DNA of 63,610 nucleotides, the filler included, from Piptocephalis cylindrospora (taxonomy: Eukaryota): assembly GCA_003614145.1 (NCBI GenBank). It is 3 parts of 3 records of this genome, joined end to end, with 100 filler letters (N's around TTAATTAATTAA, not from the genome) between each part and the next. Parts side by side here need not be neighbours in the genome. Positions count along the whole stretch, not along the records: positions 1 to 21,188 come from KZ987808.1; positions 21,289 to 42,456 come from KZ987809.1; 1 more part is not named here. The stretch is one strand, 5' to 3'. A program made the position numbers and the translations under genes. Below, piece after piece: positions 12,953 through 24,325 of this stretch. The notes beneath the pieces were generated by a model. It worked only from the letters and a program-made list of their open reading frames with translations. It made no database searches and was not told the origin of the DNA. Positions within the stretch are counted from its first letter, which is position 1. The number at the start of each line of letters is the position of its first letter.

Positions 12953-13115
12953 TGTGCGTATGTGTAGGTAGCTGGGAGCATACGGGAGAGGGTTGGATAT
13001 GTGGTAAAGTACTGATGGAGACGCTTATGGTGGCGATTATTGATAATGAATGGCAACAGGTGATCTATGGTGGCATATACTGAAAAGAAAGGGGAGGGGG
13101 GAGAGCAGAGGGTAT

Positions 13116-15597
13116 TTATTCCAGAGAAGATGATTCAAGAAGGAAGGTGGAGAAGTGAAGAGGGGAAAAGCACAATTTACAAAAGCAACAGACACAGACA
13201 CAGGCACAGACAGACACAGATTTGCATCTGAACAAATTTGCGATCAATGCCACATCAGGATAAAAGGGAGAGGTGTTTTCGTCGTCGATGTACCAATTGT
13301 TGAAGAGGGCAGCCCTGGTTCGGGTCCTTCTTGGCTCCATCGTTCAGGGCCCTGGAAGGGAGGAAAGAGAGTGTGTTATGGATGAGATGATCAGAAGGGA
13401 CGTAGCACCCTGGTGGTAAAAGAGGGATGAGTTAGATGGAATCAGAATGGGCCAAACCATCTCCACGTACCTGATGCATGAACCGATCGAAGCCACTCTC
13501 GGTACGCCAGAGATAGGTCATCCCTGGCCATCCTTTCCCGACGTTGGGCCTCAAACCACCAGGGGCGATCCATAGGACGGTACGCTGATCTGATAGCCTG
13601 TCTCTCCCGGACATGAGCCACATACCCCCCACGGCTGACCAGGCCATATAAGGACTCATAGTTGCATGGTGCTATGAGGAGGCGTGCGTGATGTCATTCA
13701 GTATATCCCTTCCTCTCAGAGAAGCCACTATCCCCTCCAAGTTTACCTTCCAGTCCGGGATAGCGTTATCGGCCAGACTAAGATCATCTGAAGCATCAAC
13801 AACCTCAGATAAGTCTTGACAAAAATGGGGGGTAGTTATGATGGAGATGGATAGTAAAATCATCTAGATCCCCTGAGATACTTTCTAGGATACTCTGCAA
13901 GCAAAAAAAGTAGATGTCAATATCATTAAAGGAGGATGGTCGAGTAATGAATGGTGTCTCAAGGAGCCCTACTTACCTTGGTGGATCTGGCCAAGGTCTC
14001 TTGAGTCGTTCCTGATTTTTTGTAAAATACTCGGCCGAGGGCATGATGAAAATGAACCGAAGAGGAAGACAGTGATGAAGAAAATGCAACTGCGGTAGAG
14101 CGGAAGCCATGACCCTTCTTTCCTTTCTTTTCCTCGGAATACCCAACAGAGTCAAACTGCAAGGTATTGATGGCAGCCCTAAGGTCCCCAGAAGAGGAGG
14201 AGACAATCGAGGTGATGGCGCAGGAGGGAAGACTAAGGTTCTCTGCTTCAGAAATATATTTCAAGGCTCGGGACATCAGGCCGGGGGCTACAGGGTTAAA
14301 TCTAACTCAAAAGATATTAGTCAACAAGAGGTCTTCCATTAGGAGTCGAGGATGACACATGATGACCTACCGAACATGCTTGCAGGATGGATGAGAGAGG
14401 ATGTCGAGTGGGATGATTTGATGAAGGTGCATGGAAGACATGTTTTTGGATTCTTCTTCTGCTAAAGAGCTTGCAGATAAGGGCCCAGAAGACTGGGTGG
14501 AATCAGTCACCACCAGAACCAAGGGGTAGCAGGGATTATGAGAACCTGGGAAGGAGGAGGCTGCGGAATACAGGTAGGAGGAGATGGATGTGTGAAATGC
14601 GCGCCTAGAGGTAGCTGTCGTCAAACTCGGCAAATCTTCGACCAAAAGTAGCTTTCCCCCAGAAATCGCCTTCCTGGGTGCAAGTGAGGAGGTGGGGACT
14701 AAGTGGAGAGAGGGCAATCGACTGCCTCGAAGAAGGAAGTCCTGAAAGGATCTAGCCCATCCAGGCCCATACTCTTGCCGATGGACTCTGGAGAAAGGGG
14801 TAGTGAAGGATGGGTTCGACCATTCCACCACGTCCATCATCAAAATCCTGGCTACACATGATAAACATGTACTTTTCCCTGTGCCTGCTGGACCCGAGAG
14901 AACCAAAATTTGGGGCGAATCGGGTGTACTATCTCTGAGGTTCATCACGGCCTCAAACACCTCAGCTACCTTGGCCTTATGAACAGCCAAATCATCCTAG
15001 GAGGGGATAGGGCATCAGTTGACACTTCCGGCTAATGTATCATCTCCTTTCGGTGTCCTTACCATGATTTTAGGTGTATGCTTTTCCGTCCATGGTGGCT
15101 CATTGACTAATAGGATGACAAGTGGAAATGGGAAGGAGAATGTTTTGAATTAAGGAGACTCATAATTTTCCCATTTTTATGACACGCCCACTTTACCTGA
15201 TGGTACTACTGTATGTGTAGATCCAGGATTGGATACAGATTGGCCTGGTGTCGAGAGAAAGAATCTCCAGTTCTAAATGATCATTGCAATTCATGGGAGA
15301 TGGGAGGGTAAGTCGACAAGCTCCTAGTCCATTTTTGGAAAGGCACAATGTGCTGACCTTTGTTGGTGTTGTCGGCTGTATGGGCCCAGGAGAAGGGAAG
15401 GCCGGAGGAGAGGATGTGGGTATCTGACGAAGGGTAGTCAAGTCACCCTCTTCCGCGTTATCTTCATCGTCCGAGATAACCTTTCGCACACCACGTCTAC
15501 GTTTCTTACGCGGCGTCTCAGGCGTAGGGATGGGTATCAAGTCAGAATCGACATGGGCTCGGCCCCTGGCTGCCGGGTTCTGGCGATGATTAAACAT
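13116..15597 (-). CDS. RAD17: Checkpoint clamp loader Rad17/Rad24, multi-exon; 3' end uncertain
   Basis: PWTEKH..., LAVHKAKV, Walker A GPAGTGKST, LLVEDLP, GDLRAAINTLQF and FHHALGRVFY. Confidence 0.85.
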
Positions 15598-16145
15598 GAG
15601 TTTTGTTCATGGTTTTCAATGATATATAATTAACAGCTTACCTTGGAATTGCCCATCTTCAAGGCTGAATATGACTAAAGACGAGAAGTGTGATTTCTGG
15701 GAGAGTCGCGAGTACTACACTGGTGAAAGTTTGAGGATTGTCTTTGTGATCAGCGATGACTTGAAGGTAAGATGATGAAGAGGACTTCCTTATAGAAAAA
15801 AAGGAATGGAGAGGATGCCTGGTGAAAGATGGAAAGGAATGAGAAAGGTCAGTTTCGATGAGGTCTTTTGTTGACATGTCCAAGGCGTTTTAAGGATATT
15901 CGCGGTAGAAGTTAGTAGTATTTCTCAACCTGGACCAAGCCAGCCCAAAACCTCGTTTGATATCGGTCACCTAATGCCTGGGACAGTTGCTGGACTCGGT
16001 CCATCCTCCAGAGAAGAAGTCAACCCCTGAGAGGAACCCCGTCCTCAATAGCTGGTCACACCTCTCTTTTCTTTCCGTTTGTCTTCCTCCCCAAATTTCC
16101 CTTTCTTCTCCACTATTCTCGCCCCACAGCACCTAATCCAACGAG

Positions 16146-17008
16146 ATGGAGGCCATGCAACGACTGATATTCCGGACAAAGACTCCGGAGCAGATGGTGA
16201 GTTGTATTGTGCTGGGTGCCCAGTGGTCCAGCCTTCCTTACTCCCTTTGATCATGCAGGTCCGAGAATGGAAAAGCAGCATCCGGGCACAGGAAAGAACA
16301 TTGGACCGGGAGCTTAGAGCGCTTGGGCTAGCAGAGCAAAAAACTAAGACAGCGGTGAAGCAGCTGGCCAAGAAGAATGACATCAAAGGTTGTCGAGTAC
16401 TAGCCAAGGAAATTGTCCGATCCAAGAAGCACCGGGAGAGACTGACAACGAGCAAGGCCCAGCTCAACTCGATTAACCTGTCCCTGCAGCATCAGCTGGG
16501 TAAGAAAAGGAAAGCCTTCAACTGGATGGGATGTGTTCTTATTCTTACGACATCTCCATTGAATTAGCTATGGTCAAGGTATCGGGAACTCTGAGCAAAA
16601 GTACAGATGTAATGAAGGCGGTCAACTCACTTATGCGAGTCCCGCAAATCTCGCAACAAATGCAAGAGATGTCCTATGAGATGACCAAGGCTGGAGTCAT
16701 GGAGGAGATGATGCAGGATACCCTGGAAGGCCTAGATGACGCCGAGGACGCCTTGGAGGATGAGGCGGACGAGGAAGTAGATCGGGTTCTGAATGAGATT
16801 ACTGCTGGTAAACTTCACGGAGCCCCAGCCCTGGCTGATGGCGCATTGGTAAGTGGGGAGGAGAGAGTTTGGTATAAACAGTGTGAAAGGGAGAGGTCCA
16901 GGTCTCATTTATCCCATTTAGCCCGAGCAACCAGATGTGGCAGTGGAGGCGCCTGCGGATCCAGAGATGGACGATGTTCAGGCTCGGCTAGAAGCGCTGA
17001 GAAATTAA
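16146..17008 (+). CDS. VPS24: ESCRT-III subunit Vps24/CHMP3
   Basis: KTPEQM|VREW...RTLDRELR, LAKEIVRSKK, SKAQLNSI, KSTDVMK, EMTKAGVMEEM and C-terminal QARLEALRN. Three introns. Confidence 0.95.
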
Positions 17009-17281
17009 TGTTGGTGCGGTTAATTCGCTGCTGTTCATGCTGTAAACGGACAGTCCGAGTCAGGGTCGTTGTCCTCTACCTTGGATAGAATAGGAATAGT
17101 TATCCAAGATAAGTCGGTTACGTGTATCAATGCGTACGCGTGTTTGTTGTGGGTTAGGGGCTGAAGAATATAAAAAGACACTTTGAGATGATGGAAGTAA
17201 TGGTGCATGGGAATCGTCCCATCTCTCGTACAAAATCACCAGGTAAATAAATACTAAAAACCAAAGAAAATCACATACATT

Positions 17282-18206
17282 TCACCGGATGTACTTGTGC
17301 ATGAACTTGCGGTGAAAATCGGACCGAAGAGTGTCGTTAACAAATCGCTTGGGAGCCTTGTCATTCACACCCCTGGCCTGATTCTTGAAGATCACATCAT
17401 CATCCCATCTGGCGAGGAGCGATTTGTTAGAATTCGGGGTTGAAAAGTTCAATATCCTTCCAATCCCATCAACAAAGCAGTTTGCCTACTACTTACCTGC
17501 GCTTCATGGTGAAATCACCAGATTGAAGAAGAGGGTTTCCGGTAACAGCCTGCTGCCTTCTCGTCTCGGCCTGGGCCTCGTCCTGCTCCCCCTTGACTCT
17601 TTCTTTCTCTTCAGCCCTTTCCCGTCGAATCTTTTCCAATTCCCTAAGTAACTCTGCATCGTCATCCTCGTCATCATCATCGTCCTCTTCTTCACTAAAA
17701 GCGGCCAGTGATACATTGTGAGTGGGAGGTAAGATTTCGAGTAAAACGATCTTACAAAAAAAAGGGTAACGTGAAAAGCACACCTACCTTGTATCCCCAT
17801 CATCGTCCTCACCGCTGTCGTCGCCTTCCTCATCCGAAGAGGAATCAGGAGCATCAAGGGTACTCAGCTTACTTAGCTCCTCGAGTTGCTCCTTGTCCTT
17901 GATGGATAAATCAGCCTTTCCACGACGCTGTTCGTAATGCTTGGCCTCCCGACGACGAAGATCCTCCCGCAGTGCTTCCTCATCCACCTCGGGATCCCCA
18001 AGTCCAGGTACCTCATCTCTACGGGAATAACGGCAAGGTGAGTATGTCAATAGATCAGAGGTATAGACAGGAATGACGCCCTCTGAGCCGTACCGGTATT
18101 TGAGCTTGGTATGAGCAGCAATATCCCTGGCAGCGTATTGCCTAGTCAGAGAGATGGTGGCACGGCCTTTGGCTGGATCAAAGGTTGGGCGGGCAGCTGT
18201 AGTCAT
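17282..18206 (-). CDS. CWC15: Spliceosome-associated protein Cwc15
   Basis: [56 protein letters not shown] and [20 protein letters not shown]. Confidence 0.95.
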
Positions 18207-18491
18207 GTTAAAGTAGGAGGAGACGGGAAAGAAGGAAAAGGAGCAAGGAACAGCTATGTTTGACTTGCTGGCTTCCACAACACCCCTCTTTTTAGGATGA
18301 TTGATGATTAGAGCTGATGTGCAGAGTGTGATGTTGAGATGTGTGGCACAAGTGCATCCCATACTTAAAGCGCAGTTCATAGGGGCTAGGCTAATATACA
18401 GATCTCTCAGTGGCAGTCTGACGGAACATGATCAGGATCATCATATATCTATTTGCTAAAACATATATTATCCATCGTAAGTCATCCATAA

Positions 18492-18579
18492 TCATTAGTG
18501 ACTAGATCCAAGCCTGTGAAGACACGTAAAGCCGATTGGGGCGCAAAACCATATCTTTAGACCACCCAGAAGTATTGAT
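18492..18579 (-). pseudogene. Decayed copy of the tRNA at 18742-18828
   Basis: Ungapped 88-nt hand alignment to 18741-18828 gives about 54/88 identity, mostly transitions. The T-loop/B-box is damaged. Confidence 0.75.
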
Positions 18580-18612
18580 GTGAAGATCAGTCATCCCGTA
18601 TATGATCATTGA

Positions 18613-18701
18613 TCATCAGTGATAAGGTTCAAGAACCCGCGATGATCTTGAGGCCTATTAGGTCGTAGTTCCAACTCCTTGGGTTTCTCAGACGTACCAA
18701 A
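18613..18701 (-). pseudogene. Decayed copy of the tRNA at 18742-18828
   Basis: Shares the + strand blocks GAACCCGCGA and CCAACTCCTT with the intact copy at matching spacing, with small indels. Confidence 0.8.
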
Positions 18702-18741
18702 TTGTACCCTTTTCATCTTCATGGACAACTGGGTCATGAAT

Positions 18742-18828
18742 CGTCAGCGGCAGGATTCGAACCCGCGAAGGTCAGTAAGACCCATTGGAACATAAACCCA
18801 ACTCCTTAGACCTCTCGGACACACTGAC
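18742..18828 (-). tRNA. Class II (long variable arm, Leu/Ser-type body) tRNA with anticodon UAU; identity ambiguous
   Basis: Cloverleaf GTCAGTG TG TCC-GAGAGGTCTAA-GGA G TTGGG-TTTATGT-TCCAA T-GGGTC-TTACT-GACCT-TC GCGGG-TTCGAAT-CCTGC CGCTGAC G. All stems pair and the A/B boxes are intact. Confidence 0.85.
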
Positions 18829-19528
18829 TGATGGTGATGATCATGATCATGATGATTTGGGAAAGGAAGGATAGCAAGAAGCAATGATTAGGAGGAGAAT
18901 GAGGGTTATCTATGTAGCCTCTTGTTACTTTATAAGAATGAATGAGTGAGTGAGTTAAGATGAGGAGAATAGACCCTTACTGTCATTTCAAGTTGAGTAA
19001 TTATTTAAACTTTTCCCTAATGGATGCATGCACAAACTCAAGAATGTTTAGCGAGTAATATGGTTTTATAGGTAAACAGCTTGAAAGCTACTTTCTCCAA
19101 GATGTAATAAAAGGCATATGAGATTACCTGGTAGAAACACATAAACTTTCACGTAGAATCAGCGATTATACTTGCTTGGGACGAGGCAAGTAGAATAGCT
19201 TCAATATTTTTAAAGAACGTGTCTAGGTATGATGGCGGTGTTCGTGATAGGTGGGAGATCCTTGAACAAGGCCATGGGCGGCCTCCCTCGATTACAATGG
19301 TCGATTTACGTGGGTGGTCCTGTTCAATGAATGTACATCTGCTGCCTATTTTCATGGAAACTACATGCGTGTTGATTGACTGATTGGGCGGAGAAGCGTT
19401 GTGAACTAATCAAGAAATGAGTAGTGATTGATCAAGGAATGTAGAGACTCGCGACTTATCACCGCTTGTCCTGCTAAACTGAGCATCTTTTCTTCGCTCT
19501 CTTCGAACCATCCATTCTACTATCGGAC

Positions 19529-20213
19529 ATGCCCTGGTTCTTGGAATCGCCCTCATCGAGCGCAAAACGGGTCAAGACTCAATTGGATCTATTTGGATGG
19601 AGGGATAAACAAGGCCAGATAGTCAAGGTGGCCAGCTCGACCTCGCAGGCACGAGTGGCCTTTCCACTAGAAGGACCTTCAAGCCCAGACCTCTCGTCCG
19701 CTCTTCCAGGGTCTGAGGAGGGTACCAAGGGGGTTTCGGACGCAATATTGAGCCTACTTTCCCAGGATCTCCAGGATCTGGGCCGGGCAGGTGACCTCTT
19801 GGTTACCTGGAGGTCCCCAAGTCCCCTACAGGTAACCCAAGAAGGCAACGCGGGTCGAATTCGGCTGGCCCGGAAAGGAGAGGTACCACGCTCTACTATC
19901 CAACGTCTCTTTGCCCAGTCCATCCGAGAGGTTGAACCCAGGCTGGAGGAAGAGATTATCCAGACCCAAATCCAGGGGATTCCCGAACGCTGGGAGCTTT
20001 ACCAGGATTTTGCCCTCCTTTCCCCGACGGCCTTTCTGAACCCGCCGATAGATGAACGATTCCAGCCACTGGCCATCACCTGGATCTCTCGGGTTTTGGG
20101 GGTAGGGCATCTAGCAAGGAAATCGGCCATCCCAAAGGACGATCCTCTTCGTCGCCCTCGGCTCATCCCCCTCCTGGGCACATTTTCTCACATACCCCCC
20201 TCTTCTCTCGCCG
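19529..20213 (+). CDS. TYW2: tRNA wybutosine-synthesis protein 2 (Trm12), 5' part
   Basis: IPERWELYQDFALL and IPKDDPLRRPRLIPLLG. Continues in frame into the minus-strand segment 21015->20294. Confidence 0.75.
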
Positions 20214-20293
20214 GAATGGCCCGTGTGTGTATACATGCTATAAATGAAACCCCGTCCAAAATTCTTGGCTATTCTTTTATTTATGACACACAT

Positions 20294-21188
20294 CTACTCT
20301 TCATTCCCCCTCCAACACTCTACATCGGCCACCCAATGCCCAATACCCGGAGACCACCCTTTGACCCGTTCAAGCCATCTTACCTGGACCCGCCAAGCTG
20401 TAGGGGAGGGGTGAGCATGCTGCAAATGACCCTGTAACAGCCCCTCCACCCTGTGGCCCCACTCCTTTTCCCGACCATCCAGAACGTTGGCATGGACATG
20501 CATCCAACCCCCAGTAGATCGAAGAGAGCGGCATGCTAGGGCAAAAGATCCTTCAGCATCAGGTAAGAGTCCGAGGTGAACGCGATCAGCCTGTCCTTTA
20601 AAATGTGGTCCAGCCAAGGCATTGTCTCCAGGGTAGATGATCATCCGGGGTTCCGATTGATCCTCGATTTCTTCCGTTTCCTGATCCCCGTGAACCGTGT
20701 AAGAGATACCGTTGGCTTTGGCCCCGCGACACAAACCCTGGACACTCCATGGGTTCCACTCGCAGGCATGGACCCGTCTTGCACGGCATCGACTGAGAAA
20801 AACAAGGGAAAAGTAGCCAATACCAGCAAACAAATCCACCACTACTTCGCCCTCTCTCCCTAATCTCGATACCCTGTCTTTTTCCGTGACATTCCCCGTG
20901 GAAAACATCGTTCTGGCCGGGGCCCATACATATGTAATGCCATGCTGCTTAGTGCGAGTCCAAAATTCGTTCTTAACTTCCTCATCTTCCAGTGTTCCAG
21001 GTGAGGAATCCTCAGCGGCGAGAGAAGAGGGGGGTATGTGAGAAAATGTGCCCAGGAGGGGGATGAGCCGAGGGCGACGAAGAGGATCGTCCTTTGGGAT
21101 GGCCGATTTCCTTGCTAGATGCCCTACCCCCAAAACCCGAGAGATCCAGGTGATGGCCAGTGGCTGGAATCGTTCATCTATCGGCGGG
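20294..21188 (-). CDS. TYW2: tRNA wybutosine-synthesis protein 2 (Trm12), 3' part, inverted in this assembly
   Basis: QHGITYVW..TMFSTGNVTEK, VVDLFAGIGYF, ACEWNP, ADRVHLGLLP and HVHANV. 21016-21188 is an inverted duplicate of 20041-20213. Confidence 0.9.
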
Positions 21189-21288
21189 NNNNNNNNNNNN
21201 NNNNNNNNNNNNNNNNNNNNNNNNNNNNNNNNTTAATTAATTAANNNNNNNNNNNNNNNNNNNNNNNNNNNNNNNNNNNNNNNNNNNN
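21189..21288. other. Assembly gap with artificial TTAATTAATTAA six-frame-stop linker
   Basis: 100-nt N block with the linker at 21233-21244. Confidence 0.95.
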
Positions 21289-21343
21289 ACGGAGATGGTG
21301 ATAGAAACATGATCATTGGCAAGGGTGTTTTTGTCAATCCCTC

Positions 21344-21656
21344 CGTCCATCCCACAGAGGACTTTGATCTCCCTACCCATCCGTTAACCGAAGTACGCGG
21401 CAAGAGTCCCCAAGAGAATGCTCAGATCCTTCGGGATATTCTCGAAGGCCGTGTCTCCGATTCGAGTCCTATCGTTGACTTTATTCTTCTTAATACCGCC
21501 CCTCTTCTTGTTCTTTCTGGTGTGGCCTCATCCTACCGAGAGGGCGTCAAGCTGGCCCGGGAGAGCATTAAATCCGGTGCTGCTCTTCGTGAACTCGATG
21601 CTTTCCGCGCGATGGCCAAGGAGGCCTCCCGGGAGACCTCGTCCCCTATTGCGTAG
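21344..21656 (+). CDS. TRP4: Anthranilate phosphoribosyltransferase, C-terminal fragment
   Basis: VHPTEDFDLPTHPLTEVRGKSPQENAQILRDIL...DFILLNTA...EGVKLARESIKSGAA. The 5' part is lost at the gap or chimera. Confidence 0.85.
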
Positions 21657-21912
21657 CGCTGTGCCTTGTTTTTTCCTTTCATTTTGAGTCGGGTGGTGGA
21701 GATGATATGGACGTGAGGGAGATGGTACACATTCATAGAGGCTTAATATTGCGTGGTATGCTATGCCATGATGATTTACTAGGTCCATCGGACTATCATA
21801 GCGAAAGCATTCTATAACATTCACTGTATTCTCTTGAGCCATTCCCTCCTTTTCCCTCCCCACCTCTTCATCCAATCGTCTTTCCTGGAAACCCCAGGAT
21901 TGCGGTCATCAT

Positions 21913-23780
21913 CTAGGTAATGACGGTAGGCTCCTTACGGCCGGTATACTCTACGATGCCAACAAAGGCCTGAGCAGCCTCAACCAAGTCCTTGAGTGCC
22001 TCGCTTGCCGGGGTCTTGACCTTGGAACTGTCTTCCTCATACCTCTCCACATACAGTCGCACTGTTGCTCCCTGACTCCCCGTTCCACTGAGACGGACAA
22101 TGACACGACTTCCGTCCTGGAAGATGAGGCGAATACCCTGCTTCTTTGCCACTGAACCATCCACCGGGTCAGTGTAGGAAAAATCGTCGGCTTGGGCTAG
22201 AGTAAAGCCTGACCCCATCTCTTTACCCACCAGCTCCCCAGAGCTACACCATCGACGAAGCCTTTCCATCATCTCCCCAGCCCTGTCCCCATCCACCTCC
22301 TCGTAGTCATACCGGGTAAAGTAGTTTCGACCATATGTGGCGTAATGGTCTTGAAGAATGGTGTCCAGGGTCGTCCCAGGGGTCTCCTCATCCAAGGAGG
22401 CAAGGATGTTTAGCCAGGCCAAAATGGCCCAAAGTCCATCCTTTTCTCGGATGTGATCCGATCCTGTTCCAAAGCTTTCCTCTCCGCAGATGGAAAGTTT
22501 TCCCGAATCCATAAGGTTCCCAAAGAATTTCCACCCTGTTGGTACCTCATAATGCGGGATACCTAGACGTTTTGCCACACTATTCGTGCCATAAAGGAAG
22601 GGTTAGTGTATTGAGTAAGGGGGTCTTATCTATAAAACCTTATATTCTCGTGCAAAGGCGCATGTTTCTTACCGATCGAGCGCTTGGCTGGTGGGCATGG
22701 ACCGGGCCACACCGGAAATCCCGTGCTTCTTAAAATACGGAATCCTCTTGGCCTGAGCCGCCAGGACAGCGACAGAGTCAGAGGGATTGACAAAAACACC
22801 CTTGCCAATGATCATGTTTCTATCACCATCTCCGTCCGAGGCTGCACCAAAGTGGATGCTCTCAGCCTCCACTCTCTCCACCAGTTCGTGCGCATAAGTC
22901 AGGTTGGGATCGGGATGACCTCCACCAAAATCGGGCTTGGGAATGCAGTGCTGCACGGAAGAGTCTGGGAGGCCTAGCTCCTGGATAAATAAGCGCCTTC
23001 CATAAGGACCCGTGACTCCATGAAGAGCATCGAAGAGAAGGGTAAAGTCGGAACGACGCTGGAGGAACCGGCGAATTTGGTCAAAATCAAAGACCTGCCT
23101 CATTAGCTGTACATACGATTCCACCGAGTCGATCACAGTCACGTTCAATGTAGATCCAGAGGGGCCCTGGAACTCTTGAGAGCCCAACTTGCTCAGATCT
23201 ACTTTGGGAAGGGAGGCAAGAGATAGGGTGGTGAGGCTGGAGGCAATGGAGAAGATCTTGTTGGTAATAGCCTCAGGAGCCGGGCCTCCATTGGAAACGT
23301 TGAACTTGATGCCAAAGTCTTTGTCGGGTCCCCCGGGGTTATGAGAAGCAGTGAGGAGGATCCCTCCATCAGCCTTGTGTTTCCTGATGAGATGCGAGAC
23401 GGCCGGGGTGGACAGGATCCCCTCCTGACCGATAATAAGCTTTGAAACCTATTCGAGGATGGGGGAAGAGTGTGAGCGGGGTGCCTCAATTGTGCCATGC
23501 TATCTAAGCCTTCTATTATCCTTACTCCATTTCCGGCGGCAATATCAATAATAATCTGAATGGCTTCCTTGCCATAATAGCGGCCGTCTCCTCCGACCAC
23601 CAGGGTAGACCCCTTGGCTCCTGGGGAGGGCATAGCCTCTAGAGTGGCCTGGATAAAGTTGTGCGTGTAGTACTTTTGCTGAAAGGTTTTTACGCGCTTT
23701 CGCAAACCCGATGTTCCGGGCTTTTGGTCATCATACGCCTTGGTAGGCTGAGAGGCAATTTGAAAGGTTGCAGGTGACAT
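21913..23780 (-). CDS. PGM: Phosphoglucomutase, 3 exons
   Basis: QKPGTSGLRKRV, GGDGRY, LTASHNPGGP, DFGGGHPDPNLTYA, DGDGDRN, CGEESFGTGSDHIREKD and EPTVIT. Confidence 0.97.
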
Positions 23781-24325
23781 GGTGAAGGTTGTTGATAATG
23801 GAGTGAAGGGACGGTGAGAATAGGTAGGAAGGGTGGGAGGGGATAATGGGTAGTTCTTCTGCTTCAAAGAGTTGAATCAATGGTGTATTTATAACTCTGT
23901 GTTAGCCTCTGTGTGGGAGAGCGGAATGGCGTGAGCAAGAATGGGATGATGACGTAAACGTGGTTGGTGCTGCTAGAGGAGAAAGGGATACGCCCCAACG
24001 CGTTGCGCTGCTAAAATCGCCGTCAACTTGCGCCTTCTCCCATCTGTGCACCAAGGGCCCACCAGGCTGTTTTGACTGTGTAGTGGCGGAGCTACGAATC
24101 AACACACGAAAGATCTCCAGGTGAGATCAGGAATAAGGGCTTCTCAACACACCAGTGTCTGATCCTTCTTGAACACCAGTTGAATGTGTTCCATCCAGTT
24201 TATAAAGGACTAAGAAGGGACATAGGGGACCCTTGCTGCTCTTGGGCAACATATCTTTTACGCGTTAGTAGTATTATTACTTTCTATTGTTACCGCCTGC
24301 CTCTGGATCCATCCGCTCTAAACTC

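Noticed and set aside
18742..18828. Selenocysteine or stop-suppressor tRNA
   Set aside because: It has a standard 7/5 fold, and the 7-nt loop places UAU, not UCA or UUA, at positions 34-36.
21233..21244. Palindromic TTAATTAATTAA (also at 42501-42512)
   Set aside because: It is embedded in N runs and is an artificial six-frame-stop linker.
21309..21656. Apparent PGM-TRP4 fusion ORF (MIIGKGVFVNPS + VHPTEDF...)
   Set aside because: The first part is an exact 55-bp inverted copy of PGM at a contig start, so it is an assembly chimera.
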